Of a stretch of 20,602 nt of DNA, positions 1 to 11,026 are shown piece after piece; the stretch's first letter is position 1, and every line of letters begins with the position of its first letter. The position numbers were made by a program, and so were the translations under genes. The stretch lies in the NCBI RefSeq assembly GCF_006345805.1, contig NW_021823946.1:1-20602 (forward strand). The letters are read 5' to 3'. Source of the DNA: Octopus sinensis. Taxonomy: Eukaryota. Under the pieces are notes generated by a model, which ran no database searches, had not been told where the DNA came from, and saw only the letters and a list, made by a program, of their open reading frames with translations.

Positions 1-14
1 ATGAGTAAAATTTT

Positions 15-190
15 TATTTTTCACGATATGCTGTTAAATCCCTCTTTGAAGAAATTTTTGAAGATGAACAACATTTAAAATACAATGGAAATTCGTCCAT
101 AGATTTTTGATAAAAGAAATGTATTTTGATTACCAATATCTCTACAATGGCATTAGAAGGCAACAAGAGCGATGAGAAAATAATATTTTG
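15..190 (+). pseudogene. possible decayed mariner transposase C-terminal fragment
   Basis: Manual translation across frameshifts gives KSLFEEIFEDEQHLKY...LYNGIRRQQER*ENNIL, resembling the mariner C-terminus (..L.GK.F.....K....FY..GI..L.ERW.K.I). Stops present; no TIR recognised. Confidence 0.4.
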
Positions 191-393
191 GAAGAAACAC
201 AAGGAGTATTGATGGAACCATCCGAAAAGGCGGAAATCACTCATTATGCATAATAAAATTGAACATGAAAAAAAACCAATACAGTGAAAAAATATTTGAA
301 AGAAATAATATAGTCAGTTATTTTTTTATCAATAAACAGATGAGTAAGCTGTTATGTAACTTGTGAGTATGCATATTTAGCATTGTGTTTATC

Positions 394-396
<3 letters not shown>

Positions 397-430
<34 letters not shown>

Positions 431-462
431 ATCGATCGATCGATCGATAGATAGATAGGTAA

Positions 463-525
<63 letters not shown>

Positions 526-550
526 TATATAGATGGATAGATAGATAGAT

Positions 551-582
<32 letters not shown>

Positions 583-620
583 CAGATAGATAGAGAGAGA
601 GACAGAGAGAGAGATGGATG

Positions 621-685
<65 letters not shown>

Positions 686-724
686 CAGATAGATAGAGAG
701 AGAGACAGAGAGAGAGATGGATGG

Positions 725-765
<41 letters not shown>

Positions 766-782
766 CAAAGAGATAGATAGAT
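397..782. repeat. compound microsatellite (TA)n-(GATC)n-(GATA)n-(GA)n
   Basis: Directly visible. The block gataacagatagatagagagagagacagagagagatggatgg recurs at ~578 and ~681 (the second copy has one extra GA). Confidence 0.95.
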
Positions 783-929
783 TATTTGAGAAATGATTTA
801 CGAGAAATTGTCCGCTAAACAGTTTCCTGTCCTCTTTCGTCATGTCAGGCTTCCCTTCTTCACTAACATTTCGATTATATTTCACAAACACAAAACATGC
901 ATAACACACATCACAAACACAAATATATA

Positions 930-970
930 CATGATATATATATATTGTGTGTATATATATATATATACAC

Positions 971-1042
<72 letters not shown>

Positions 1043-1095
1043 GAACGCATTTTTACACCTAGCACACACATATACTTAAACATATACGCACACAC

Positions 1096-1187
<92 letters not shown>
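930..1187. repeat. interrupted (TA)n microsatellites
   Basis: Directly visible; source of the YIYI ORFs. Confidence 0.95.
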
Positions 1188-1190
<3 letters not shown>

Positions 1191-1454
1191 TGAGTCAGTA
1201 TGTATGAGTAAGTATTGTGTACTTATGTGTTTGCGGTTGGTTGAATTACTTGCTTGTTTTTTGTTTTTTTTCCTTTGTTTGATATGCTAACTTGTCTGTT
1301 CAATTATTACTATGTCAAGCGACGTTAATACTATGAATAAATAAAAAATATTTATATAAATTCTGAAGTAAATATCTGTAAAAAGTTTTCTTAACGTGCT
1401 TGAGTTTTGTAACAACACTAATAAAAATGCTGCTACACCTTCTACTATTGATGC

Positions 1455-1494
1455 TATTACTACTACAACTACTGCTACTAATACTACTGCTATA

Positions 1495-1558
<64 letters not shown>

Positions 1559-1572
1559 TAATGATAATAATA
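1455..1572. repeat. (ACT)n/(AAT)n microsatellite
   Basis: Directly visible. Confidence 0.95.
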
Positions 1573-1574
1573 AA

Positions 1575-2125
1575 TGCCCTGATGCAAGATAAGGTAGTGG
1601 CTCTGATGGTTTCTGATGTTGACTGATTGAAAGTGTTATGTACATTGTTTTGCGTTGGTATGAAAGATGGGCTACAGCTAATATTCTGCTCAATACCACA
1701 TATTTGCTTGTCAGTTGTTTGACCTTAACCAGTTGAGCATGTCCCTTGGTGGCCGACAATATGTGCATCTCTGATTACGAGCAGAAGTAGTGGGGTGGGG
1801 GGCATATAGCCATATTTGAGGGAATTCTTTGGGGTTTGAATAATTCACCTCTGGAAATATGGGGTTTTTGTTCTCCTTAAACAAACCTTATTCAAAGACC
1901 CTTGTGCAGGATGGGCCACTCAACCTGAAGAAAATTCTAAACTGAGCCCACTTGCAAGGTCATGGGCTATTTATCTTGATATAAAATCACCATGTCGCGT
2001 ACATATGGTTGTGATGCATGTGCCTAGTGTACCCTTATCAGACAGGTAGTCATGATGGGTATACTGGGCTTCGTATATTTTATCCCAGTGTCTCTTTGAT
2101 GGCATGCACTGCTCTCTCGCTCAAT
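1575..2125 (+). mobile_element. ~550-bp dispersed non-coding repeat with (AAT)n tail, copy 1 (probable non-autonomous retroelement)
   Basis: Colinear end to end with 8482-9038 (shared atattctgctcaataccaca, tttgcttgtcagttgtttgacctt, ggtagtcatgatgggtatactgggcttcgtatatttta). Both copies start after (AAT)n and end in ctcaat followed by AAT repeats. Confidence 0.85.
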
Positions 2126-2173
2126 CATAATAATAATAATAATAATAACAACAACAACAACAAGACGACGACG

Positions 2174-2209
<36 letters not shown>

Positions 2210-2247
2210 GCAACAACAACAATAATAATAATAATAATAATAATAAT
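2126..2247. repeat. (AAT)n/(AAC)n compound microsatellite
   Basis: Directly visible. Confidence 0.95.
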
Positions 2248-2359
2248 TGACCAACCAACAACAGTCTGATCGCGATGATGCGTAGAAGGAATAAAATAAC
2301 AGAGAGGAAGGGGTCTAGAAATATTCAAAAACTGGACTCGTTACCTTTTTATATTTTTA

Positions 2360-3370
2360 ATTGATGTTGTTATTGTAATTATTCTTATTATGATCTTTAT
2401 CCGTATCATTATTAATAATTGAATCCATTATTGTTGTTGTTGATGTTGCTGCTGCTGCTGCTGCTGTTGCTTTTGACGTTTGTCTTTCTTCCTTATCATC
2501 ACACCGCTAGTGCTGACTTCCATATTCGAAACACATCAAATGATGCACGCCATTTTGATTGCTTTTCGTTGCATCTGTTGACTTTGTTATTGTTGCAGCC
2601 ATGTTGCTGCTTTTTGTTGTTATTACTGTTGTTACAGTTGACGGTATTTCTTATTATTGTTGTTCTTCTTCATCTTGTTGCTGTTGTTTCACTCGGTGTC
2701 ATCGTTGGTTTGCTCTTATTTTCGTTGCTGCCATATTGTGGCTACTTATTTATTTTGCAGTAACTGTTTTTGTTGCTATTGTTATTCTTCTGCATATGCT
2801 ATTCTCGTTGTTTCTCTTGTTATCGTTGCTATTGTTGTTGTTGTTGTTGTTGTTAGATTTGTGAATCTTAGGAAACCATAAGAGCCACTGCTTGGTATTG
2901 CATCAGAGCGTTCTTCTTCTTCCTCTTCTCCTTCTTCTCCTTCTTCTGCTTCTTCATATTCTTCTTCTTCCTCTTCTCCTTCCTCTTCTCCTTCTCCTTC
3001 CTCTTCTTCTGTCGTCGTCGTTGTTGTTTTTGTTGTTTCTTGTCATGCTGTTGTTAGTAGTCGTCGTAGTTGCCATTGCTATTTCGTTTTTGCTATTGTT
3101 GTTCGTTTCATTATTGATGCTGTTGTTGCTAATATTGTTATCAATATTGTTGCCGTTGTACTTTTTGCCTTTTTTTCGTGACTGTTTTTCTTGTCTTTAT
3201 TAAATACGTCCACTTGTTATTGTTATTGTTATTGTTGTTGCTAATATTATCATCTATGATGCTCTATTTGACACTGTCTCCCTTTCTGTTGCTAATTGTT
3301 GTTATTTTTGTTGTTATTGCGTGTCGATATTGCTTATTGCCGCAGTCGTTGTTGCTAATTTTTGTTTTCT
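2360..3370. repeat. degenerate trinucleotide low-complexity tract (TTG/CTG/CTT)
   Basis: Directly visible; source of the poly-Leu/Val ORFs. Confidence 0.85.
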
Positions 3371-3573
3371 ATTTTAGCAAAAGAAATTAAAATAACCATT
3401 GAAATTAGGCGTGGCATGCCTGGCCTAACAGCTTTGAGATACCAGTTCCATTTCACTGTCTTTTGGGATGTGTGTGTTTGTATGTATGTGTGTATGTGTG
3501 TGTGTACCCGAATTAACGGACCTTTACGAAATAATTTAGGAAAAATCTATTTCATTTAAATCTCAAAGACACT

Positions 3574-4414
3574 TGTTGTTGGAGCGTAATATCCCCTAAA
3601 ATGGCGGATTTTACAACCCCTCGACTGCACTTTATGCCCATTGTTGACAGGAAGATAATTCAGATCTCCTTTAGAGGAAAGCAATGGATTTTTCTTTCAG
3701 GAAATAGGAGAAAAAATTGAGTTTTTCCAGTCCTTGGTCATGCAGAAGAGCGTAAACTGAGGGAACCTTTCTCCTGAAATTACTGCATGTAAATCCTGAG
3801 AAATAACTAGGAATACCATGAGACAGTGTGAGAACTACCCTAAAGAAAACTGAATTTGAATGACAGAATTCCCTTATTGAACTGGTGGATAATCTCAGCA
3901 ATTGCCTATAAGCGTTTGCACTGAGAGTTATGTAGGCATATATTTTTCCTGTTATATTATGCGTTATTATCTGGACAAGCGTAGCTAACTTTATCACTAA
4001 GAGTATCAAAAATTAGAGACATCAAAATTGAAAGGCTGATAAAACTAAGTTAGCTTCTAAACATTTCGGAAGCCGGGTGTGAGATTCTCTATATATCTAT
4101 CAGAGGACAGGGATATTTTCAGTGCAGCCTGTGATGCATATAGATAGGGTAAGCCTCCATGTTTGATCAACTCAAAAGAATGTTATCCTTAGATTCATGA
4201 AAAGTAGGCCTCCTGTTCATCTACAGCTGAGGTGGATGACTTGGAACGTTTCTCAGGAAGTTCCCAGCTATGTTCGAGTTTCTATTTAGGAGGAGGAAAT
4301 GTTCCTTCCTGCGTGGGAGTATGTCTTCTGGATACGTCAGAATGTTTGCATTGTCGGCTGGCAGAAGGCATCCAGTTGATGTTCGTACTGGTCCAAATAG
4401 TCATTTCGCTTCAG

Positions 4415-4415
<1 letters not shown>
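3574..4415 (-). mobile_element. decayed RTE-clade LINE reverse transcriptase fragment
   Basis: Minus-strand translation across stops and frameshifts gives, in the expected order: LFGPVRTSTGCLLPADNANILTYPEDILPRRKEHF-LLLNRNSN...PTFHE; FELIKHGGLP; NITGKIYAYITL..KRL*AIAE; FQEK; LPVNNG..GC..APT. These match RTE/BovB-type motifs (W.EHF..LLN, ELIK.GG, SIAGKIFARIL, RQLQEK, FPVNNGVKQGCVLAPT). Confidence 0.8.
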
Positions 4416-4458
<43 letters not shown>

Positions 4459-4459
<1 letters not shown>

Positions 4460-4777
4460 ATATGATATATGAGGTTCATTTAAAATAAAATAACGATTTT
4501 ATCAAGTGGTCAGCATGGAAAAAATAACCTTCAAAGGAAATAATTATTAAAATTATAAATTAGGGTATCTACGAAATACCACCATGCTGAAAATAGCAGC
4601 CATGATCTGACTCTAAAACCACCTTAACTGTCCATATATCAACATGGAGAGAAAACAAAGAGACAAGATGAAACTAGTAAAAAATTACTGGATAATTCTA
4701 GATCCCGGATTTCTGGATTTGCATTTAGGAATGCTTTGCCTCGTCAGTAGAATACACACAGAAAAGAAACATAAATA
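4459..4777 (-). mobile_element. hammerhead-containing non-coding module between two (TA)n tracts (Penelope-like pLTR / retrozyme-like)
   Basis: Bounded by (TA)n at 4417-4457 and 4778-4792; carries a type I hammerhead motif at 4695-4753. The family assignment is inference. Confidence 0.6.
4695..4753 (-). ncRNA. type I hammerhead ribozyme motif
   Basis: Minus strand reads attcta CTGACGA ggcaaagcattcctaaatgcaaatcca GAAA tccggga TC tagaat. Helix I attcta/tagaat is 6 bp perfect, the core is intact, helix III is near-palindromic ATCCGGGAT, and the cleavage triplet is AUC. Helix II closure is imperfect. Confidence 0.75.
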
Positions 4778-4942
4778 CATATATATATATATACAAAAAG
4801 CAATAAAGATTCAAGTTAATTTAAATGAATTTACTTGAATATGGTACCTAACTTAGATGCACCAAAAAAAACTATACTTTTTTAACAATACAGTAATGTG
4901 GGGTGATTATAAGCGAGAAAGAAGCAACAAGAATGGATAGGT

Positions 4943-5033
4943 TTTTAGTACAATCGTTTCATACAAGGACAGGCTTTATTAAAAGTTGTAAAAATTACAG
5001 CATATAAACGTGTCCCGTACTCATCAGCTAAAA
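4943..5033 (-). ncRNA. type I hammerhead ribozyme motif (left-arm copy)
   Basis: Reverse complement of 5243-5333, with helix III ACGATTGT instead of ACAATTGT. Confidence 0.75.
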
Positions 5034-5242
5034 TACATGTGAGTTCTCTAGACATCCTAGTGGTTGAGGCTATACTCATGAAGTAATGTAGATAATTAAG
5101 TAACATAAACAGATTTCCAAAGTTCCAAAGTTCCATTAAAGAACTTTAATGAACTTTGGAAATCTGTTTATGTTACTTAATTATCTACATTACTTCATGA
5201 GTATAGCCTCAACCACTAGGATGTCTAGAGAACTCACATGTA

Positions 5243-5333
5243 TTTTAGCTGATGAGTACGGGACACGTTTATATGCTGTAATTTTTACAACTTTTAATAA
5301 AGCCTGTCCTTGTATGAAACAATTGTACTAAAA
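5243..5333 (+). ncRNA. type I hammerhead ribozyme motif (right-arm copy)
   Basis: ttttag CTGATGA gtacgggaca..(tgtaatttttaca)..tgtccttgtat GAAA caattg TA ctaaaa. It has a 6-bp helix I, a long helix II, palindromic helix III ACAATTGT and triplet GUA. Confidence 0.8.
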
Positions 5334-5361
5334 ACCTATCCATCTTGTTGCTTCTTTCTCG

Positions 5362-5363
<2 letters not shown>

Positions 5364-5441
<78 letters not shown>
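5364..5441. repeat. pure (TA)n microsatellite
   Basis: Directly visible. Confidence 0.97.
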
Positions 5442-5442
<1 letters not shown>

Positions 5443-5514
5443 GACATACGAATACTTACATATACGAACGTATACCAATTCTCACTCGGTACGAGTTTTG
5501 CTTAAGTCCCCCTT

Positions 5515-5662
5515 GTACCCCTTAGCGGCCCGACAAAAGAGAACCGACAGAATAGGTAACTAATTTCTAAAAAACAAACAACAATTTATTCAACTAAAAC
5601 CACACTTTCAAGGAGGTGCCCCCGAAATGGCTGCGGTCCCTTGACTGAAATACGTAACAGTA
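5515..5662 (+). mobile_element. diverged 3' part of a SINE (same family as 13871-14246)
   Basis: cttagcggcccgacaaaagagaaccgacagaatagg matches the reverse complement of cttattctatcggtctcttttgccgaaccgctaa at ~13893-13926. Confidence 0.65.
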
Positions 5663-5689
5663 TATATTATATAAAATGTAATAAGCATC

Positions 5690-5815
5690 CGCACAATTTC
5701 CATCTCACAAGCTGCTAGCTGACTCAAGAGTCTAGAAGAAACTTTTAGCCTAACACGTCTTGGATCGAGCACAAGAACAGATGGTTCTGAAGCGAACTTT
5801 GTAAGTGCACTGGCA
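5690..5815 (-). mobile_element. highly diverged SINE head fragment
   Basis: ccatctcacaagctgctagctgactcaagagtctagaagaaactt aligns loosely with ccactcacaaggctttggttggcccgagagtatagaaaaagatactt at ~14109-14155. Confidence 0.4.
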
Positions 5816-6329
5816 CTTTGGCGTTTATTTGCTTGCTTGGTGTATATTTTTTTTTTTGGTTTATATTTATTTTGTGTTTTAATATCTTTATTATTGTGGT
5901 TTTGTTCTGTTTAATTTTTGTTTCTTACATTAAACGCTAATCAAGCATTTCCTTTCAGTAAAATGTGTAAATTAGAGATAAAAATATTCAATCTTGTTTT
6001 CCTGTGCATTGCATGTTGTCAAGAGGTGACGTGATAAAATAAACTAAAATAAAACAAAAGAAAGACACTAAAATAGGAAGACATCTTTTTTTTATATGAA
6101 TTGTAGTTAAAACTTTATTTTTGTTTTTTTGTGTTTTTTCTTCTAAATATGCTTTTACCTTTTATGATGAGAACTATTCATATATCTGTTTTTAATTTTT
6201 GTTATTTTTCATTCTATTTTTTTTTTGCATATTATCATCATTGTCTTCCATATAATTATACATACACAGATGCACACGTACACACACATGCATTCATACA
6301 CACGCACAAACACACATATACATAAGCAT

Positions 6330-6431
6330 AAATATACATACACATAATATAGATATATCCGTATATGTGTACATGTATACAATATATACATATATATGTA
6401 TATATCTATATATATAAATATGCGGGAATAT

Positions 6432-6475
<44 letters not shown>

Positions 6476-6560
6476 ATACATACATACATACATATATAGG
6501 CGTGTAAATGTGTGTGTGTATATATGTGTGTGTGTGTGTGTTTGTGTGTGGGTGTGTACT
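6330..6560. repeat. (TA)n/(TG)n compound microsatellite
   Basis: Directly visible. Confidence 0.9.
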
Positions 6561-7108
6561 TTTCTAAATTTTATCTTTAAAAATGAATATTCTGAAAATT
6601 ACTTTTCTGAGCTTTTTAGTTTATGTTGTAATACTTATTTTTATTTTTTTCATTTGTTGTTGTTAAGATGGTAAAATTCTTTAAAAATTCTAAAATAATT
6701 TTTTTTAATTTTGTAATTTTTTTAAAATTTATTTTCGCATCTAAAATGCTTATTTATCTTCTTTTTTTTTAATCTTTTTATCTCAAGTAATTCTATTGGT
6801 ATTCATTATATTTATTTTCACATTTTTTTTATTCATTATCTTGTTGTCATTGTTGCTGTTGTTTTCTTTTTTTATTATTTATCCACTTATTTGATATTTT
6901 TGTTTTTTTTATTTTTCGTTTCTCTTGCTTCCTTTAAGTTTCACGCTGAAAGTAGAAGAAAAAGTTATCAATTATTATTTTTTTATATAATTTATTTTGT
7001 ATATAAAAAAAACTTAAAATTTTTATTGTTTTTTGTATCATTTTGGCTTCTTATTTGTTCCTTTTTTTGTTGCTGTTGTTATTCCTGGATGAGCTGTCAC
7101 TCTTGGTG

Positions 7109-7110
<2 letters not shown>

Positions 7111-7181
<71 letters not shown>

Positions 7182-7389
7182 AAATATTTTACTATCATTA
7201 TTGTTATTACTCTGACTGTTATTATTATCATAGCCTATTGTTTTTATTTTAAGTGTCATCATCATCCTCACCATCATCATCATCAACATCATCATCATTA
7301 TTACAACTATTAATATTATTATTATGTCTATTATAATCGCTGTTGTTATTATCATCATTATCCTATTATTTTATTACTATTTATTATTA

Positions 7390-7421
<32 letters not shown>

Positions 7422-7443
7422 GTTATTATTATCATTATTATCC

Positions 7444-7495
<52 letters not shown>

Positions 7496-7587
7496 ATCAG
7501 CAGCATAGCTGCTGTCATTATTATTATTATCACTATTATTTTTTATCATTATTATTATTATTATTGTTATCATCATCGTCATCATCG

Positions 7588-7618
<31 letters not shown>

Positions 7619-7635
7619 TATCATCATCACCATCT
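7111..7635. repeat. (ATT)n/(CAT)n compound microsatellite tract
   Basis: Directly visible. Confidence 0.95.
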
Positions 7636-8063
7636 ATAATAGTTCTAGTAATAATTTAGTTGTTGTCGTTATCAAATTCACTTAACTTATTTGAAATTTT
7701 AATTTTGATTTTCACATATTTTCTTTTTTGTTCTTATTTTTGTTATAAGTTAATATTCAGAAGTAATTAGTTTTATGGCTAATTAGGAAAAATGGCTATT
7801 GAACGCAATTACAATATCGAAATGGCAATCAGGACGATAATGAAAAGGAGCAGGAATAGGATGAGGAGTGGGAGAAGAGTGTGGGGGTGAGTGGAGTAGG
7901 ATGATGATGATGATGATTATGGTGACGATGATGATGATGATGATGAAGGAAGCGATAGGAAGGAAGGTAGTACTTCTATCACTACAGTCACAACTACATC
8001 TATAAGAGTTACTGATAATAAAATACTACTACTACTACAACTACTACTACTACTAACTACTAC

Positions 8064-8099
<36 letters not shown>

Positions 8100-8126
8100 T
8101 AATAATAATAATTGTTTTTGTTGTTG

Positions 8127-8322
8127 CCTCAATTTCGGCACAAGGGGAGGAGATTAGCAGATAGTATCGACCGAGGTATTTGACTTGTACTTTATTTTAT
8201 CGACCCCCCGCTAAAAGAATGAAAAGCAGATTGACCTCTGCGGGATTTGAACCCGGAGAAGAGCCCGAACAAATGCTGCCAGCCAATTTTCCGGCGGCTA
8301 ACTATTCTGCCTGTGCATCACC
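8127..8322 (-). mobile_element. old diverged tRNA-derived SINE
   Basis: tactttattttatcgacccc...atgaaaagcagattgacctctgcgggatttgaacc...ctaactattctgcc aligns with the SINE at 19961-20190. A B-box-like GGTTCAAATCC lies on the minus strand. Flanked by (AAT)n. Confidence 0.75.
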
Positions 8323-8385
8323 ATAATAATAACAATAACAACAACAGCAGGAGGGGGTAGCAACAGCAACAACAACAACAACAAC

Positions 8386-8478
<93 letters not shown>

Positions 8479-8481
8479 AAT
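8323..8481. repeat. (AAC)n/(AAT)n microsatellite
   Basis: Directly visible. Confidence 0.95.
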
Positions 8482-9038
8482 TGCCCAGATGCAGTATTAG
8501 GCAGTGGCTTTCATGCCTTCTGATCTTAACTGATTGGAAGTGTTATCATGTACATTGTTTTGTCATGGTATAAAAGATGGGCCACAGCAAATATTCTGCT
8601 CAATACCACAGGTTTGCTTGTCAGTTGTTTGACCTTTACCTGTTGAGCATGTCCTTTGGTTGTTGGCGCTATGTGGATCTCTGATCACAAGCAGAAGTAG
8701 TGGAGGAGCATCATAGCCATGTGTTGAGAGGAATTCTTTGCAGCTTGAATAATTCACCTCTGGAAACATGGGTGTTTCGTTCAACATCCTTAAACAAACC
8801 TTATTCAGGGACCTTTAGAGCGGGATTGTTACTCGACCAGAAGAAAATTCTAACTGGGCCCCACCTGCAAGATCATGTGCTGTTTATCTTGATATGAGAT
8901 CACCATGTCGCGCACCTATGGTTGGGATGCATGTGCCTGGTGTACCCTTATCAGACGGGTAGTCATGATGGGTATACTGGGCTTCGTATATTTTACTCCA
9001 GTGTCATTTTGATGGCATGCTCTGCTCGCTCACTCAAT
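8482..9038 (+). mobile_element. ~550-bp dispersed non-coding repeat with (AAT)n tail, copy 2
   Basis: Colinear with 1575-2125 in the same orientation. Confidence 0.85.
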
Positions 9039-9147
9039 AATAATTATGTATTTGTGTACATGTGTACATGGTAGGGTGTGCAAGCAAAAGAAAAATGTTG
9101 GCAGTGACTTCGGAGTTTCTTGATATTATGTGTGCATACACAATAAT

Positions 9148-9243
9148 GTATATATGTGTATATATATACATATATATACATATTATTATATAAACATATA
9201 TAACTATATATATATATATATATATAATATATATATATATAAT

Positions 9244-9301
<58 letters not shown>
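9148..9301. repeat. interrupted (TA)n microsatellite
   Basis: Directly visible. Confidence 0.95.
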
Positions 9302-9308
<7 letters not shown>

Positions 9309-9813
9309 TCGAAGGGAAATGAAATTAATAGAAATTTTTCCTTCCAGTGGTAAAAATTTTTTTCATTTCGTTGCTGTCGAATTTTCTCCTTAATTTTGTG
9401 GTTATAGAACCTAGCTGTTCTTTCTAGCGTGTTGAATTCCCTGTGTTTAAATGTACACTGTATATATATACATATATATATATATTGCACTTATAGTTAT
9501 ATCTATGTATGATTCTGTGTGTGTGCGTCTGTGTGTGTTTGCGTGTGTATGTGTGAGTGAGTGTGTGTGTCTCTGTGTGTGTGTGTGTGTGTGTGTATGC
9601 GTATCGAAACACGAATAATTTTACGTTCAATCTAGACAAATTGCTCGCAATCGACAGGCCACACAAGAACAAATTCATACTCAGATACTGGAGACCAGCA
9701 GCATCAACATCATCTTCTCCTCTGCTCCTTATCCTTTATCGATCTTTATCTTATACTGTTATAGGTCTTCCCACTGTGTTTCTCCCAAGTGTGCATGTGC
9801 GTGTGTCTGTGTT

Positions 9814-9849
<36 letters not shown>

Positions 9850-10028
9850 TATTCGGACAGATTTTAGTATCTTCTTTCGAAGTGGTGATGGTGGTGGTGA
9901 TGGTGGTGGTGATGGTTGTGGTGGTGGTGAGATCTATAGTATTTTTACATCATATAGAGACAAATTTCATTTGTAGCTGTGTATACATACATACAAACAC
10001 ACGTACAAAAATATATGTATATAAGCGG

Positions 10029-10074
<46 letters not shown>

Positions 10075-10577
10075 CAGAGAGAGAGTTATACATTATATAT
10101 TGATTTATAAAGACATTATATATCTATCTATATATAATATATAATATATATTATATATTATATATATTTATATATATATCTATATACAGTGAGAGAGAGA
10201 GAGAGAGAGAGAGAAAGAGCAGGAGGGGAAAGAGAGGGGGAGAGAGGGATACATACACACATCATGCGCATATCACTGAAAGACATATATTACGTTTGAT
10301 GCCATCGATTTTCTGACACGAAATCTTTCAGTAGTGTTGTTACTGATAGAAATGTGATGACGACGTCCTAACAACCTTAGTCACATTTAAATATACATTT
10401 TTCAGCAGTATTAAAAATCTATAACATGTTCGCCTCTTCATCATTGTAATAATAACTCGTTCTTTATTGGTCACAAGGGCTCGATATAGAATACAACCTG
10501 TGCCGTACAAAGGCGATTACAAAACGTATGAGATTTATAGATGAATAGAACTTGGGTACAATCGGGAATAGAATATA

Positions 10578-10742
10578 TTCTCTTCTACTCTAGGCACAAG
10601 GCCTGAAATATTGGAGGAGGGGCCAGTCGATTAATCGACCCCAGTACGCAACTGGTACTTAATTTATCGATCCCGAAGGGATGAAAGGCATAGTCGACCC
10701 AGGCGGAATTTGATCTCAGAACGTAAGGACAGGCGAAAGACC
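10578..10742 (-). mobile_element. tRNA-derived SINE, 5'-truncated, alternative 3' tail
   Basis: Shares the core actggtacttaatttatcga...atgaaaggca.agtcgacc..ggcggaatttga.ctcagaacgtaa with the other copies, but its tail is ttctcttctactctaggcacaaggcctgaaat. Confidence 0.9.
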
Positions 10743-10932
10743 TATTTCTATTTCTTTACTACCCACAAGGGGCTAAATACAGAGAGGACAAACAAGGACA
10801 GACAAACGGCTTAAGTCGATTATATCGACCCCAGTGCGTAAGTGGTACTTATTTAATCGAGCCTGAAAGGATAAAAGGCAAAGTCGACCTCGGCGGAATT
10901 TGAACTCAGAACGTAACGACAGACGAAATACC
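10743..10932 (-). mobile_element. tRNA-derived SINE, 5'-truncated
   Basis: Closely similar to 19961-20142; ends at gacgaaatacc. Confidence 0.9.
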
Positions 10933-11026
10933 TACTTCTTTACTACCCACAAGGGGCTAAACAAGGACAGACAAACGGATTAAGTCGATTACATCGACTC
11001 CAGTGCGTAACTGGTACTTAATTTAT
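10933..11026 (-). mobile_element. tRNA-derived SINE 3' half, cut off by the adjacent hairpin element
   Basis: Matches 19961-20067 with a short internal deletion. Confidence 0.9.

Larger units (their letters stand above)
4793..5367. mobile_element. fold-back hammerhead-containing element (inverted pLTR-like duplication)
   Basis: 4908-5141 is the reverse complement of 5144-5367 with a 2-nt spacer. Each arm carries a hammerhead; both outer ends abut (TA)n. Confidence 0.75.
4908..5367. repeat. ~460-bp near-perfect palindrome
   Basis: The arms differ only by a 1-bp indel (aagaatgg/aagatgg), one substitution (caatcg/caattg) and a ~9-bp duplication near the centre cattaaag-aa-ctttaatg. Confidence 0.97.

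Noticed and set aside
1920-1960. ctgaaga in the AAT-tailed element as a hammerhead core
   Set aside because: No paired helix II or downstream GAAA, and the second copy has ccagaaga.
4100-4180. P-element/THAP9-like GGL.YP motif
   Set aside because: The surrounding motifs fit RTE reverse transcriptase (ELIKHGG) far better.
4511-4590. tcagcatgg/ccatgctga inverted repeat as MITE termini
   Set aside because: Only 9 bp, internal to the hammerhead module, and no TSD.
4945-5331. Twin near-identical 60-63 aa ORFs on opposite strands
   Set aside because: A by-product of the palindrome; the sequence is better explained as structured RNA.
9600-9790. Possible host exon (NFTFNLDKLLAIDRPHKNKFILRYWRP)
   Set aside because: No recognisable domain and no convincing splice-site pair; flanked by microsatellites.
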